A stretch of 64,000 bases of DNA from NCBI GenBank assembly GCA_037447115.1, contig JBBIHH010000001.1, positions 178,797-242,796 on the forward strand, written 5' to 3'. Of the stretch, positions 42,085 through 54,557 are shown piece after piece. How positions within the stretch are numbered: the stretch's first letter is position 1; every line of letters begins with the position of its first letter. Source of the stretch: Acidobacteriota bacterium (GTDB lineage Bacteria; Acidobacteriota; Polarisedimenticolia; Polarisedimenticolales; JBBIHH01). The notes under the pieces were generated by a model. It saw only the letters and a program-made list of their open reading frames with translations. It was not told the DNA's origin and made no database searches. The translations under genes and the position numbers were made by a program.

Positions 42085-43388
42085 GCCGCCTCCCTGCGGT
42101 AACGCAACAGATCGCGCCTTCCCCGCAGCTCGCGCAGGCTGCGCAGGCCCAAGCCCCGCAAGATATCCCGCAGCCGCGCCGCCAGCGCCTCGTACAGGCG
42201 GCCGAGCCGCTCGGCGGCCCACTCGGGTTCCACGAGGAGCGAGAGTTCGGGGTCCGTGGTGGTCAACCCGAAGGGACAGCCCCGACCGGCCTCGCAGTTG
42301 GCGCAGCGCGTGCATCCGAGCGCTGCGAGCTCCACCGTCCCCAGGACCACGCCGTCGGCGCCGAGGGCGACGATCTTGGCGATGTCGTCCGCCGTGCGGA
42401 TGCCGCCGCTCGCGAGGATCACGATCTCGTCGCGGATTCCCTCGGCTTCGAGAAACCGGTGCACCTTCGGGATCGCGAGCTCGATAGGCATGGCGATGTT
42501 CTTCTTGGCGATCTCCGGAGCTGCGCCCGTGCCGCCGTAGCTGCCGTCGACTTGGAGGATGTGCGCCCCGGCGTAGTAGGACCCCACGGCCACCATGTCC
42601 ACGTCGGTCGGGGTCGAGACCTTGACCGAAACGAGCGCCTCGGGCTGGATGGCCTTGATCCAGTCGATGTGCTTCTTGTGATCCTCCACCGAATACACGC
42701 TATGGAACGGAAAGGGCGAAAAGAGGCTCACCCACGGCAGGCTCTCGCGCATCTTGGCCACGGTCATCGTCGTCTTGTTGCCCAGGAGGTGGCCTCCGAG
42801 CCCGGGTTTGGCTCCCTGGGCGTACTTGAACTCCACGATCCGCGCCCGCTGGATCGTTTCCTCCCGCACGCCGAACATGCCCGTCGCCACCTGCGTGATC
42901 ACGTGATCCTTGTAGGGGAGGAGCGAGTCGGGATAGCCGCCCTCGCCGGTGGAGGTGAAGGTGCCCCAGGCCTGGGCGGCCATGGCGCGGCCGAGCATCA
43001 CCTGCTCGCTGATCGAGCCGAAGGACATGCCCCCGCCGTACCAAGGGACGGGAATCTCGATGCGCGGATCGCAGGGGCGCCGGTTGAGAGGGATGGAGAG
43101 CTCGACGGGCTCGCTTTCCGCGAGCCTGCCGTCCTCCGGCAAAAAGCGGAACTCGAGCCGGTCGAATCCCCCGCCGGAGGCGCCCACGCGAGACTCGAGG
43201 CCCTCCGCGGGAAAACGACCCGTCTCGGCGGCGACCCAGGTGGCAAGGATCAGGTCCGCCGTCCAGCGCGGATCCCCCATCGCCGGCGGCCGGCCGAGGC
43301 GCGGCCAGCGGCGGTAGCCCTCGCGCAGCGCGTGGCGATGCTTGGCCACCACGCGCGGATCGGGGACGATGTCCGGGCTATCCCTCAT
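42081..43388 (-). CDS. glutamate synthase FMN-binding (GltB central) domain protein
   Basis: 435 aa with ..YGGGMSFGSIS.., ..EFKYAQGAKPGLGGHLLG.., ..VDGSYGGTGAAP.. and ..ASGGIRTADDIAKIVALGADGV... Confidence 0.9.
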   Translation of the reverse strand: MRDSPDIVPDPRVVAKHRHALREGYRRWPRLGRPPAMGDPRWTADLILATWVAAETGRFPAEGLESRVGASGGGFDRLEFRFLPEDGRLAESEPVELSIPLNRRPCDPRIEIPVPWYGGGMSFGSISEQVMLGRAMAAQAWGTFTSTGEGGYPDSLLPYKDHVITQVATGMFGVREETIQRARIVEFKYAQGAKPGLGGHLLGNKTTMTVAKMRESLPWVSLFSPFPFHSVYSVEDHKKHIDWIKAIQPEALVSVKVSTPTDVDMVAVGSYYAGAHILQVDGSYGGTGAAPEIAKKNIAMPIELAIPKVHRFLEAEGIRDEIVILASGGIRTADDIAKIVALGADGVVLGTVELAALGCTRCANCEAGRGCPFGLTTTDPELSLLVEPEWAAERLGRLYEALAARLRDILRGLGLRSLRELRGRRDLLRYRREAA

Positions 43389-44820
43389 AGCCTTCGATCC
43401 CCGCAAACGCCTCGCGCTCCAGATCGCGCTGGAACATGCAGCGCCCCACCTCCCCCCGCAGCCGGCGCACTTCGCGCAGTCCCATCGCTCCGAGCACCTC
43501 CAGCAACTGATCGCGCCACGCGGCGGCGAGATTCTTCAACCGCTGCACAGCCCACGCGGGCTCGAAATCCGGAAAGCGCACCCGCGCCTGCGCCCGCTCG
43601 CGGCACGGGCCCTCGAAACGGGCCTGCAGCGCCGCCCATAGCGCCGTGTCGAGCGCCACGGCATCCAGACCGCAGAGGATCGCCTTTGGCACGTGCTCCG
43701 CCATGACGATTCCGCCGCCGCCGAGAAGGGTCACCTGTTCGCGCACGCCAGCCTCGACGAGGCTGCGGTGAGCCTCCTGGATGGTCTCCATGGCGAACCG
43801 GCCGCCCGAGCGACCGTGATAGTCCGCTTCCAGAAAGAACACCCGCACCCCCGCCTCGAACAGCGGCGGCAACGCGGTGCCCGAGGGGACCCGGACGCAG
43901 ATCAGGCTCTCGGGGAAGATCTCGCCGAGCCGGCGGAAGGCGCCCTCGTCCCAGCCCTCGAGCTGCACCATGGCAGGCGGCGGGTCCGCTGCTCGGGGCG
44001 GCACGATCGCGGCGGCAGCGAAGGAAGCGACGACATGCGCTCCGCGCAGGGCGGGATCCTCGCGCGCCCCGGCGGGAAGGAAGGCCAGCGTTTCGATGGC
44101 GCGCGCCGCCTCGGCGAGCGCGTGCCTCACCGGAGCCGGTGCTTCGGGGGGAGGCGCATCGAAGACAAAGGGCACCTGCACCGTGACGACCCGCGGCGGC
44201 TCCCCGGCGGGCGTGCCGTCGGGCGCGAAGGCGAGATGGTCCGGGCGCGCCCCCAGGTCCACCGCCGTGGAGATCCACTCCCGGCCGTGAATCCCGTCGC
44301 GGGTGGGGCGCACGATCTCGGACATGTCGGTCCACATGCCGTCCCAGCCTTCCCCGCCGAAGCGCCCGCGGTAGCCTGCGCCGCGCACGGGGACGCGGCC
44401 TGTGCGCGCCTCGTAGAGGATCGTCTCCACCGCCGAACCGAGGTAAGCGTCGCCCAGGCGTGCCCGCTCCGGGTTGCGGTGGATCTGGACTACCTCCGGA
44501 TGCTGCACCGTGCAGCGCAAGCACCCCACGCAGAGTTCCTCGCGCGGCGCGAGGCCGCCGACCTTGCGCGAGAAGACGCCGTAGACGCAGGGTCGGCTGA
44601 GGGCCACACGCAGGGCACCCCGGAACTGGATCAGCTCCCGCAGCACCATCGCCAAGAGTCTGTCGCGTCGGACGCGCACCCGAAAGCGCGGGGGCACCGG
44701 TCGGATCTCGGGACAGAGTTCGGTGTCGATACGGTAGCGGCGATAGAGGCGCGCCGGCCCTTCACCGGCCGCCGCCTCAGGAACCTGCCGCGCTCGCGGG
44801 GTGGTGAGGAGAGGATTCAT
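43378..44820 (-). CDS. glutamate-synthase-related protein, divergent FMN-domain paralog with N-terminal Cys cluster
   Basis: 480 aa from ATG 44820 with ..ELCVGCLRCTVQHPEV.. and ..GGGGIVMAEHVPKAILCGLDAVAL... Its stop overlaps the next start. Confidence 0.7.
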   Translation of the reverse strand: MNPLLTTPRARQVPEAAAGEGPARLYRRYRIDTELCPEIRPVPPRFRVRVRRDRLLAMVLRELIQFRGALRVALSRPCVYGVFSRKVGGLAPREELCVGCLRCTVQHPEVVQIHRNPERARLGDAYLGSAVETILYEARTGRVPVRGAGYRGRFGGEGWDGMWTDMSEIVRPTRDGIHGREWISTAVDLGARPDHLAFAPDGTPAGEPPRVVTVQVPFVFDAPPPEAPAPVRHALAEAARAIETLAFLPAGAREDPALRGAHVVASFAAAAIVPPRAADPPPAMVQLEGWDEGAFRRLGEIFPESLICVRVPSGTALPPLFEAGVRVFFLEADYHGRSGGRFAMETIQEAHRSLVEAGVREQVTLLGGGGIVMAEHVPKAILCGLDAVALDTALWAALQARFEGPCRERAQARVRFPDFEPAWAVQRLKNLAAAWRDQLLEVLGAMGLREVRRLRGEVGRCMFQRDLEREAFAGIEGYEG

Positions 44821-44976
44821 CGACGCCTGGGGGGACAGCCCGCACCTCGAGTGCACATGCAACGGCGGCACGCACGCGATACGAGAAACGAAGTTGGTGA
44901 GAGCGTCGCTCGACTCCCCTCGTGCCCGGGCCTGCCGAGAACGGCGACCTCCGCCCGCGGCACGAATGGGCGATTG

Positions 44977-45006
44977 AATCTACGGCTAACGGAGCCCACC
45001 TGTCAA
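44977..45006 (-). promoter_or_regulatory. candidate sigma70-type promoter for the glutamate-synthase-like operon
   Basis: The minus strand reads TTGACA - 18 nt - TAGATT in a locally AT-richer patch, about 155 nt upstream of ATG 44820. Confidence 0.35.
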
Positions 45007-45367
45007 GATTCCGAGCGGCGCGAAGAACAATGCAGCCGGGGCGGCTGCGCTCGTCGCGGCGCGGCGGCCAGACCATGCTGCCGGCGCCCCCGGCCGACTC
45101 AGGCACCCGGGCCCGAGGGCCACGGACGCGGGCGCCGCGCTCGGGGGCGCTCCCGCACCCTGCTTGGCGGGAGGTTCGCCCGCGCCCGGCCCGTCCCGAT
45201 GGGCGGCGACGCGGTCGCCGCGCCGGCTGGCGCCACCGCGAAAACCCCCGAAAGCGTCGCGAGCCCTGGCGCACGGCTAGGGCGGACCGAAACTGCCGGG
45301 CGCCCCGCCCGCGCCGGGCCCTCGGATTCGAAGGCCTACGCGCGTCTCGCTACCGGTCGGGCGCCCC

Positions 45368-46558
45368 TCAGCGGACCACGCCGTGGCGGCGGCCCACGGT
45401 GGTGAAGGCCTCGAGCGCCCGGTCGAGGTGTTCGCGCGCGTGGGCCGCCGAGACCTGGACCCGGATGCGCGCTTCGCCCTTCGGCACGACCGGGTACGAG
45501 AAGCCGATGACGTAGATCCCCTCGTCGAGCAAATCGTCGGCCATGCGTTGCGCCAGGAGCGCGTCGTAGAGCATGATCGGGACGATCGGGTGCCATCCCG
45601 ACTTGATCTCGAACCCGGCGGCGCGCATTCCCTCGCGGAAGTACCTGGTGTTGGACTCGAGGCGGTCCCTCAGTTCCGTCGTTTCGCTCAGCCGGTCGAG
45701 GACCGCGATCGAGGCCCCCACGACCATGGGCGCGAGGGTGTTGGAGAAAAGATAGGGCCGGGAGCGCTGCCGCATCAGGTCCACGACCTCCTGGTGGGAG
45801 GCGATGAACCCTCCCGAGGCACCGCCCAGCGCCTTGCCCAGTGTGCTCGTGACGATGTCCACGCGATGCTGGACGCCCCAGTGCTCCGGGCTGCCCCGTC
45901 CGGTGGGACCGACGAAGCCGGTGGCGTGCGAGTCGTCCACCATCACCAGGGCGCCGTAGCGCTCCGCCAGATCGCAGATCGCGGGAAGCGGCGCCAGATC
46001 TCCGTCCATGGAAAACACGCCGTCGGTGGCGATCAGCTTCCTGCGGGCCGAAGCTGCTTCCTTCAGCTTCGCCTCCAGATCCTCCATGTCCGCGTGGTCG
46101 AAGATGAAGCGCCGGGCCTTGCACAGGCGAATGCCGTCGATGATCGAGGCGTGGTTCAGGCGGTCGGTGATGATCGCGTCCTGCTCGTCGAGCAGCGGCT
46201 CGAAGAGCGCCCCGTTGGCGTCGAAACAGGCGGCGTAGAGGATGGCGTCGTCGGTACCGAGGAATCGCGCGAGCTTGCGCTCGAGCTCCCGGTGGATGTC
46301 CTGGGTGCCGCAGATGAAGCGCACCGAGGACATCCCGTAGCCGCGGCGCTGGAGGGTGGCGATGGCGGCTTCTCGCAACCAGTCCGCCCCGGAGAGTCCG
46401 AGGTAGTTGTTGGCGCAGAAGTTGAGCACCCGCCGTCCGTCGGCGAGGGTGATCTCCGGGCCCTGGTGGCTGGCGATGATGCGCTCCGCCTTCCACAACC
46501 CCGATTGCCGAATCTCGGCCAGCTCTCGGGAGAGTTCTTCCTTCAACGAGCCGTACAT
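45368..46558 (-). CDS. kbl: glycine C-acetyltransferase (2-amino-3-ketobutyrate CoA ligase)
   Basis: 396 aa from ATG 46558 (GGAGG SD) with ..[11 protein letters not shown].., ..[12 protein letters not shown].., ..[14 protein letters not shown].., ..[10 protein letters not shown].. and ..[13 protein letters not shown]... Confidence 0.9.
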   Translation of the reverse strand: MYGSLKEELSRELAEIRQSGLWKAERIIASHQGPEITLADGRRVLNFCANNYLGLSGADWLREAAIATLQRRGYGMSSVRFICGTQDIHRELERKLARFLGTDDAILYAACFDANGALFEPLLDEQDAIITDRLNHASIIDGIRLCKARRFIFDHADMEDLEAKLKEAASARRKLIATDGVFSMDGDLAPLPAICDLAERYGALVMVDDSHATGFVGPTGRGSPEHWGVQHRVDIVTSTLGKALGGASGGFIASHQEVVDLMRQRSRPYLFSNTLAPMVVGASIAVLDRLSETTELRDRLESNTRYFREGMRAAGFEIKSGWHPIVPIMLYDALLAQRMADDLLDEGIYVIGFSYPVVPKGEARIRVQVSAAHAREHLDRALEAFTTVGRRHGVVR

Positions 46559-46607
46559 CGCGACCTCCGGCGCCGACCCGTCCGACCGGCCGTTCCTCGC
46601 GCGCGGA

Positions 46608-47882
46608 TTATACACGCGGCGCGCGGCGCAGCTGCACCGCCCAGGCGACGGCCGCGGCGAAAAGCCACGCGCCGCACCACTGGTGCAGCGTCGCGAGCGT
46701 CACGGCCACGGCGCCCTCGCGCCGGCTCTCCAGAAGCGCCCCCGTGGCGACGAGAGTCGCGAGGCCCAGCACGAGTTGCAGGACGGTGAGTTCCGCGAGC
46801 AGGTGGCCGGCCCAGCGAGCGCCGCGATGCGCCCCGTACAATCCCCGAGCGCGCGCCCCGAGAGCGACCGCCGCCACGGCGACGACGGCGGCCCAGGCTA
46901 CATGGGCCATCAGGCCCCACGCCAGATGGCGCTGCACGGCGCCCAGCGCGATCTGGATCCCCAGCAAGACGACCAGGAGCGCGCTGCCCGCGCGGTCGAA
47001 CGTCCGCCCCGCGAGCGGCTCGGATCGGCGCGGGGCGAGGCACATCGCGAGCGCCACGAGCCAGCCCAAGACCAGGTGCGCCAGCACGCCGTGGACGGCA
47101 GCCAAGACCACCTTCGGCGAGGGCGGCGCCTCGGGGGCGAACCAGGGCCAACGCCCCACCACGCGCAGCCCGCCGAGGACCCCCTGCACGACGACGAGCG
47201 CGAGCGCACCCCAGGCGGCGCCCCGCAGCGCTCGGTCGGGCACATGGCGCTGCACCAGCAGGGCCAGCACGAGCGTCGCCAGTCCCACGAGCGCGCCGAA
47301 CAGGCGGTGCGCGTGCTCGTAGTAGACGCCCCCGGTCATGCGGGAGAGAGGAAAAAGGAACATGTTGTAGCCGTAGCTCCGCGGCCAGTCGGGGACGGCC
47401 AGGCCGGCACCGTGGCTCGTCACGAGCCCTCCCACGGCCAGCAGCAGGAGCGTCGCCGCTACCGCGACCCAGGCGAAGCGCGCGACCCACGCTCGCGGCT
47501 CGAGCGGCGCGCGCTCTCGCCTGGGCACTGCCGCGCCGCCCGCGGCCCCCGCGGCAGCGGAAAGCGCGACCGATCCCGGAAGCCACAGGGCTGCCGCGCT
47601 CGCCGTGGCCGCGCCGGATCCCTCCGAAAGCAGCCCCCCGAGAACGAGGAGGTTGACGATTCCCGCGAGCCCGCCCGCTCGCGCTCCCGCCAGCGGGCCG
47701 GCCCCGGTCGTCCAGGCGGCGAGGGCGCCGCCCGCGGCGAGCACCGCCACCAGGACGGGCAGCAGCGCGGGCGGCGGCAGGTTCACCGCAGGAAGCCGCG
47801 CCAGGTAGCCCGCCGTCCACATCGCGACCGCCGTCGCGAAACCGGTGGCGAGCCAGGCGGCGAGAGGCGCGCGACGGTTCAT
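46608..47882 (-). CDS. ctaA: COX15/CtaA family heme A synthase with extra N-terminal TM region
   Basis: 424 aa with ..[27 protein letters not shown].. and ..[13 protein letters not shown]... The ATG overlaps the upstream stop. Confidence 0.8.
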   Translation of the reverse strand: MNRRAPLAAWLATGFATAVAMWTAGYLARLPAVNLPPPALLPVLVAVLAAGGALAAWTTGAGPLAGARAGGLAGIVNLLVLGGLLSEGSGAATASAAALWLPGSVALSAAAGAAGGAAVPRRERAPLEPRAWVARFAWVAVAATLLLLAVGGLVTSHGAGLAVPDWPRSYGYNMFLFPLSRMTGGVYYEHAHRLFGALVGLATLVLALLVQRHVPDRALRGAAWGALALVVVQGVLGGLRVVGRWPWFAPEAPPSPKVVLAAVHGVLAHLVLGWLVALAMCLAPRRSEPLAGRTFDRAGSALLVVLLGIQIALGAVQRHLAWGLMAHVAWAAVVAVAAVALGARARGLYGAHRGARWAGHLLAELTVLQLVLGLATLVATGALLESRREGAVAVTLATLHQWCGAWLFAAAVAWAVQLRRAPRV

Positions 47883-48493
47883 CGGACGGCGGTCCCGCCC
47901 GCGGCCCATGCGACGATCGCGAGAACGAGCCCCCACATCGCCGCGAGGAAATGCCAGCAGACGGCCGCGTGGCGCACGGGCATCGGGGCCGCCCAGTGCA
48001 CGCGGCGGCGGCGCACCGAGCGCACAACCCACCCCGTATAGGCGAGCAATCCCGCGATATGCGCGGCGTGCAGCCCCACGAGCAACCCCACGCCGAAGGC
48101 GCGCAGGCGGCCCACCTCGGCCCATGCCTGCACGAGGCGGACGCCGTTGAGCGATTGGATCGCGAAAAAGCCGAGGCCGAAGAGAAAGGTCAGGAGAGAC
48201 CAGCGGCGCAAGGACCTCTGCCGCCCGCTGCGCACAGCCCGACGGGCAGCTTCGGCGGCGACGCTCGCGCCCGCGAGCCACGCCGTCGCCCACCACCACG
48301 CGGCGGGCACGGCCCCCCGTCCGGCACCTCGCGCTCGGAGCCCGTAGAGCACCGCCACGGCCGCCGCCAAGAAAAAGACTGTCAGCGAGACGAGGAACAG
48401 GCCGAGGCCGAGCCGGCCCACCGCCTCGCGCAGCGCGCGCGGGCGACGCGGCGGGGCGGCGTCGAAGCGCCTCGGCTGCGGTTGCGGGATCAT
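47879..48493 (-). CDS. heme-copper oxidase subunit III-like protein
   Basis: 204 aa from ATG 48493 with five TM segments and ..LLVGLHAAHIAGLL... Confidence 0.7.
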   Translation of the reverse strand: MIPQPQPRRFDAAPPRRPRALREAVGRLGLGLFLVSLTVFFLAAAVAVLYGLRARGAGRGAVPAAWWWATAWLAGASVAAEAARRAVRSGRQRSLRRWSLLTFLFGLGFFAIQSLNGVRLVQAWAEVGRLRAFGVGLLVGLHAAHIAGLLAYTGWVVRSVRRRRVHWAAPMPVRHAAVCWHFLAAMWGLVLAIVAWAAGGTAVR

Positions 48494-48543
48494 CCCGCGG
48501 GCTCGGACGATCCGCTCATCGTGCGGACAGCATCGCCACCGTG

Positions 48544-48920
48544 CTACGCGCGTGCCTCGGCCATCTGGGGTAGGCCGGGGACGTAGCCCGGCAGGCGCTC
48601 GGGCCGATAGTGGACGGAGTCCATCAACGCCAGCCCCAGGAAGAGCACGACGAACAGCACGGCCCCGACGAAGAAGATGGCGTTGAGCCGGCTGTCCCAG
48701 CGCAGATGCATGAAGTAGAGCGCCACGAGCGAGGATTTGAGGGCGGCGATGCCGAGGGCGAGCCACAAATTCCAGACCCCGAGATCCAGATGCGTCGCCC
48801 CGACCGTGACCCACGTCAGCAGGAGCAGCGTCCCGAGCACTCCCAGCAAGCATCGGAACGGAACGACGTGCCCCAGCGCCTCCGCCTGCGCTGCGAGCGC
48901 GGTCCTCCCCCGCGGCGTCG

Positions 48921-48924
<4 letters not shown>
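48544..48924 (-). CDS. prokaryotic cytochrome c oxidase subunit IV family protein
   Basis: 126 aa with ..[23 protein letters not shown]... GTG overlaps the subunit I stop (GTGA). Confidence 0.75.
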
Positions 48925-50584
<1,660 letters not shown>

Positions 50585-50588
<4 letters not shown>

Positions 50589-51541
50589 CGGCTGCCCCCC
50601 AGGGTCTTGAGGTACTCGACGAGGGCCGTGATCTCCCGGTCGTTCAGGCGCCCCCGGTAGGTGGGCATGACCGGCTCGTAGCCCGCGACCACCTTGGCGG
50701 TAGGCTCGAGCAGCGACTCGCGCAGGTAGTCTTCGTCGGCCACGACCGTCGTGCCGTCGGCGAGCCGCTGCGCGTGGCCGAAGATTCCCGCCAGACTCGG
50801 CCCCGTTCCCGGCGTGCCGTCCACGGAATGGCACTGCGCGCAGCCGCGCGTGCGGAACAGCAGCGCCCCCGCCTCGGCGGGGCCCATGCGGTTCAGGAAA
50901 TCGGAGGCCTCCCGCAACCAGGCGTCGAAGTCTTCCGGGCGATGCACGACGACCTTGGCCAGCATATCGGAGTGGCTCGTGCCGCAGTACTCGGCGCAGA
51001 ACACCTGGTGCTCGCCCGGCTGGGGGGCGACGAACCACAGCTTGGTGTAGCGCCCGGGGATCACGTCCTGCTTGACGCGGAAGTCCGGCACGAAAAAGCT
51101 GTGGATCACGTCCTCGGAAGACATGACGAGCCGCACGGTGCGGTCGGCGGGGACGTGGAGATTCTGGTCCACGTACCCGTTGGGGTAGGTGAACAGCCAC
51201 GTCCACTTCTGTCCCGTCACGAGGATCTCGTAGGCGTCGCGGGGCGGGGTGGCCATGTCGACGAAAACCTCGAACCCCACCCAGAAGATCCAAACCACGA
51301 GCAGCAGCGGCACGACGGTCCAGGCGATCTCGAGCGGGAGGTTGCCGCTCGGCGCCGCGCCCGGCTGGGGCTGGCGACGTTCCCGGTAGCGCCAGACGAA
51401 GATCGCGCCCAGCACGGTGACGAGCAGCAGGAAGAACGCCGAGATCCCGAGGACCACGTAGAGCACGCGGTCGACTTCGGCGGCCACCGTCGAGGCCTGG
51501 GGCGGCAACCACGTCAAGGCCGGCAGGGCCGCGCCTCTCAT
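50585..51541 (-). CDS. ctaC: cytochrome c oxidase subunit II with C-terminal cytochrome c domain (caa3 type)
   Basis: 318 aa. The CuA motif is ..[13 protein letters not shown].. and the heme c motif is ..[10 protein letters not shown]... Confidence 0.93.
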
Positions 51542-52377
51542 GCACCGCCTCCGCGCCGGCCGCGCCGGAGTTCGCGGCGCCAGAACACGGTGAGGGTGAG
51601 GCCGAGCACGAGCATGGTCGCCAGCGCCCCCAACCGCATGATGCGCCACGCCGCGGGCACGTAACGGCTCTCCGCCGCGTCGTAGTGGAAGCAGTAGAGG
51701 ATGAAGCGGTCGAGGCTCGTGCCGATGCGACCCTCCCCGGCCTCGACGAGGGCGAGCCGCAGCGTGTCGGGGCTCCAGCGCACGCCGTACAGGTAGCGCG
51801 CCACCCGGCCGTCCGCCGTCAACGCCACGACCACCGCCGGGTGGGCGTACTGCTCGCTCTCGGCGACGTAGCGGTAGCGGAAGCCCACCGCGTCGGCCAG
51901 CGCGTGCACCTCCTCCTCCCGGGCCGTGACGAACTGCCATCCCTCGGGCGGGATCTCGCGGCCGTACTGCGCGAGAACCTCGGCGCGCTTGCGCCGCGCT
52001 TCGATCGGGCCCTCGCGCGGGTCGATGCTCACGCTGAGCACGCGGAACTGTTCGCCGGGAGTCCATTCCAGACCTGCCAGCCCTCCGGCGAGACCGGTGA
52101 AGACCACGTCGCACAGCATGGGGCAGCGGTAGTAGCCCAAGGTGAGCAGCACCGGTCCCCCGCCGCCCAAAAAACTCGACAGCGGTCGCGCGCGGCCCGT
52201 CTCGTCGCGCAGCTCGATGGCGCCAGGCACGCGCTCCCCGAGACGCTCCTGCACGTCCACGCCCTGGAGCGCCGGCGGGGCCGGCTCTGCCCGCCCGGCG
52301 GCCTCCCCGGCCCCGAGGCAAAGGCCGAGTGCCGCGAACGCGGCCAGCCGCGCGGCGGGCCGCCGCTCCAGGCTCAA
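51538..52377 (-). CDS. SCO1/SenC family copper chaperone
   Basis: About 279 aa from TTG 52377 (TTGA overlap; the start is uncertain). The thioredoxin-fold CxxxC reads ..[11 protein letters not shown].. and a C-terminal TM segment is present. Confidence 0.8.
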   Translation of the reverse strand: MSLERRPAARLAAFAALGLCLGAGEAAGRAEPAPPALQGVDVQERLGERVPGAIELRDETGRARPLSSFLGGGGPVLLTLGYYRCPMLCDVVFTGLAGGLAGLEWTPGEQFRVLSVSIDPREGPIEARRKRAEVLAQYGREIPPEGWQFVTAREEEVHALADAVGFRYRYVAESEQYAHPAVVVALTADGRVARYLYGVRWSPDTLRLALVEAGEGRIGTSLDRFILYCFHYDAAESRYVPAAWRIMRLGALATMLVLGLTLTVFWRRELRRGRRGGGA

Positions 52378-52697
52378 CGCCGCCCCCGAGGGGCTTCCAG
52401 GCTCTGCTCGCGCATCACGAGTTCCATCGCACGCTCGATGGGAATCGCCACCAGGCCCTGCTCCCGGTCCACCCACCGGTACCCCTCGAGTCGGGCCTGC
52501 TGCGCTTGCCACAGCTCCCTGAGCTCCCGCGGCGGGCCCCCGCCGAGCTTCCCCGCGAGCGCCCGTTGCTCCATACGGTAGTACAGGGCCTGGAGGCCCA
52601 CCACGAGGACGATCAGCCACACGACCCCCACGGCCAGCACGAGCGCCAACCGTCCCGCGGGCACCTCGCGGCGCGAGCCGCCCTCGACCTCAGGCAT
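52374..52697 (-). CDS. small single-TM protein between ACIII and Sco (possible ACIII/oxidase accessory subunit)
   Basis: 107 aa from ATG 52697 with one TM segment (LALVLAVGVVWLIVLVVGL), embedded in the operon by overlaps. Confidence 0.5.
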   Translation of the reverse strand: MPEVEGGSRREVPAGRLALVLAVGVVWLIVLVVGLQALYYRMEQRALAGKLGGGPPRELRELWQAQQARLEGYRWVDREQGLVAIPIERAMELVMREQSLEAPRGRR

Positions 52698-53907
52698 GTT
52701 CCGCCTCCAGCGACTCCCCGAGCCGCGGATCCCCCACGGGCACGAGCGCGCGCCCGCGCAGGTGGACGAGCACCGTCGCCGCGTAGAGCCCCGCGAACCC
52801 CACGAGCAGGGCCGCATCCACCCCCTGCACGGCGGCCCGCTCGGGCTCGAACTCGGGCATGACCAGCCAGTAGATATCGAGCCAGTGAAAGACGAGCGCC
52901 CACAGCGCCGCCGCGAACAGCGCGGCGGGACGGCGCTTGGGGTGCCGGGACATCAGCCACAGGAAGGGCACGAAGAAGTGCCCGAAGATCAGCGCCAGCG
53001 AGACCCACAGCCATCCGTGGCGCTGGCGCACGTAGTACCAGACCGTTTCCTCGGGCAGATTCGCGTACCAGATCAGCATGTACTGAGAGAACGCGATGTA
53101 CGCCCAGAACACGATGAAGCCGAAGAGGAACTTGCCCAAATCGTGGTAGTGCTCGAGGGTGACCCACCCTTGGAGGCGACCGCTGCGCTGGAAGAGGTAG
53201 CTCGCGACGATGAGCAGCGCGAAGGCGCCCACCGCGCAGCCCGCGAAGTAGTACACGCCGAAGATCGTGCTGTACCAGTGGGGCCTGAGGGACATGAGCC
53301 AATCGAAGGCGGCGAAGGTGACGGTGAGGCCGAAGGCGACCAGCCCCGGGGCGCTCGCCGCTTCCATCTCCAGCGTGCGGCGCGGATCCGCGTCCCGATC
53401 CTGCTGCGAGGAACGCCAGAGGAAGTAGCGCGAAAGGCCGATCCAGACCGCGAAGTAGATCAGCAGCCGCGCGAGGAAAAACGAGGGGTCGAGGTAGGCC
53501 GCCTTGTGCGCGAGGAGCGGATCGCGGGCGAGGCGCGCGGCATGGCTCCACTCGTAGAGCTCGTGGCGCGCCAGGATCACCGGCAGCGCGAGCACGCCCA
53601 GCAGCGCCAGGGGTGTCGCGGCGACCTCCGCCATGCGGCGCAGCGTCACGCTCCAGCCAGCGCGCGAGAGGTGGGTGACCATGACGAAGAACAGCCCCCC
53701 CAAGGCGAGGCTGAGGAAGAAGGCGAGCTGCACGAGATAGGCAGGCCACAGGCGCGCCCGGGCCGAGGGATCGGTGGTGGCCATCCAGGCCGCGGCGGCG
53801 AAGCCCGCCAGACCCACGGCCGCCAGGGTTCCGGCGAGTCTCCAGGCGCGCCCGCCCAGGGGCGCGACACCGGTCGGATCCGGTGCGTCGGCTCGGGTCT
53901 CGATCAC
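52690..53907 (-). CDS. actF: Alternative Complex III subunit ActF (NrfD-like quinol-interacting membrane subunit 2)
   Basis: 405 aa with about ten TM segments and ..FGVYYFAGCAVGAFALL.. ..YMLIWYANLPEE... GTG overlaps the actE stop. Confidence 0.85.
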   Translation of the reverse strand: MIETRADAPDPTGVAPLGGRAWRLAGTLAAVGLAGFAAAAWMATTDPSARARLWPAYLVQLAFFLSLALGGLFFVMVTHLSRAGWSVTLRRMAEVAATPLALLGVLALPVILARHELYEWSHAARLARDPLLAHKAAYLDPSFFLARLLIYFAVWIGLSRYFLWRSSQQDRDADPRRTLEMEAASAPGLVAFGLTVTFAAFDWLMSLRPHWYSTIFGVYYFAGCAVGAFALLIVASYLFQRSGRLQGWVTLEHYHDLGKFLFGFIVFWAYIAFSQYMLIWYANLPEETVWYYVRQRHGWLWVSLALIFGHFFVPFLWLMSRHPKRRPAALFAAALWALVFHWLDIYWLVMPEFEPERAAVQGVDAALLVGFAGLYAATVLVHLRGRALVPVGDPRLGESLEAEHA

Positions 53908-54554
53908 GGTTGCGCCTCGAGTTCGGCCCGGGCCTCGGCGGGCACGTCCGCCAGGCTCGCGCGCTGGCTGCGCTGCAGGGCGCGCAGATAGGCCACGATG
54001 GCCCAGCGGTCCTGCAGAGGGATGCGCGGCCCGTAGGCGGGCATGGTGCGGATGCCGCGGCTGATCGTGTTGAACAGGTGACCCACGGGACGCGATCTCA
54101 CGGGCTCGTCGTGAAAGGACGGCGGCGGCACCCACGAAGCCTCCTGGCGCTGCTCCGCCCGGCGGGAGACGGGACCGTCTCCGTAACCGGCGAGGCCGTG
54201 GCAGGGAGCGCAGTGGATCGCGTAGCGCTCCCGGCCCCGCTCCAGCAGCTCTCGATCGACAGGCAGCGGGAAGCGCTCGGCCCACGCGCCGTCCACGAGA
54301 CCCGTGGCGCGAACCGGGTCCTCCTGGAGCTCGCCCTGGGCGATCGTGCCCTCCACGGGCGGCCGCATGGCCCGTCCGTCGGCGAAGAGCGGATTGGCCT
54401 TCTGCGGGCCGTAGCGCGGCTGGCGGTCCATGTCCGAGAACACGTGGATGCGAAGCGCGGGCGAGGGCGCGGAGCGGGAGCGCGCGATACAGGCGAAGGG
54501 CAGCACCGCCAGCCCGAGCACGAGAGCGAGCCACCAGCGGAGACGGTCCGACAC
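53904..54554 (-). CDS. actE: Alternative Complex III monoheme cytochrome c subunit ActE
   Basis: 216 aa with a signal/lipoprotein-like N-terminus and a single CAPCH heme motif. Confidence 0.85.
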   Translation of the reverse strand: MSDRLRWWLALVLGLAVLPFACIARSRSAPSPALRIHVFSDMDRQPRYGPQKANPLFADGRAMRPPVEGTIAQGELQEDPVRATGLVDGAWAERFPLPVDRELLERGRERYAIHCAPCHGLAGYGDGPVSRRAEQRQEASWVPPPSFHDEPVRSRPVGHLFNTISRGIRTMPAYGPRIPLQDRWAIVAYLRALQRSQRASLADVPAEARAELEAQP

Positions 54555-54557
54555 GCC

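Noticed and set aside
38653-42102. A 1149-aa plus-strand ORF lies opposite the transporter and glutamate-synthase-like genes.
   Set aside because: It is a shadow ORF with no motifs and a biased composition. The opposite strand encodes recognisable MOT2-like and GltB-like proteins.
44830-44875. A possible sigma-54 (-24/-12) promoter upstream of the glutamate-synthase-like operon, around ..GTGCCGCCGTTGCAT.. on the minus strand.
   Set aside because: The -24 element does not match TGGCAC when spaced correctly from the TTGC. The sigma70-like TTGACA-18-TAGATT further upstream is a better candidate.
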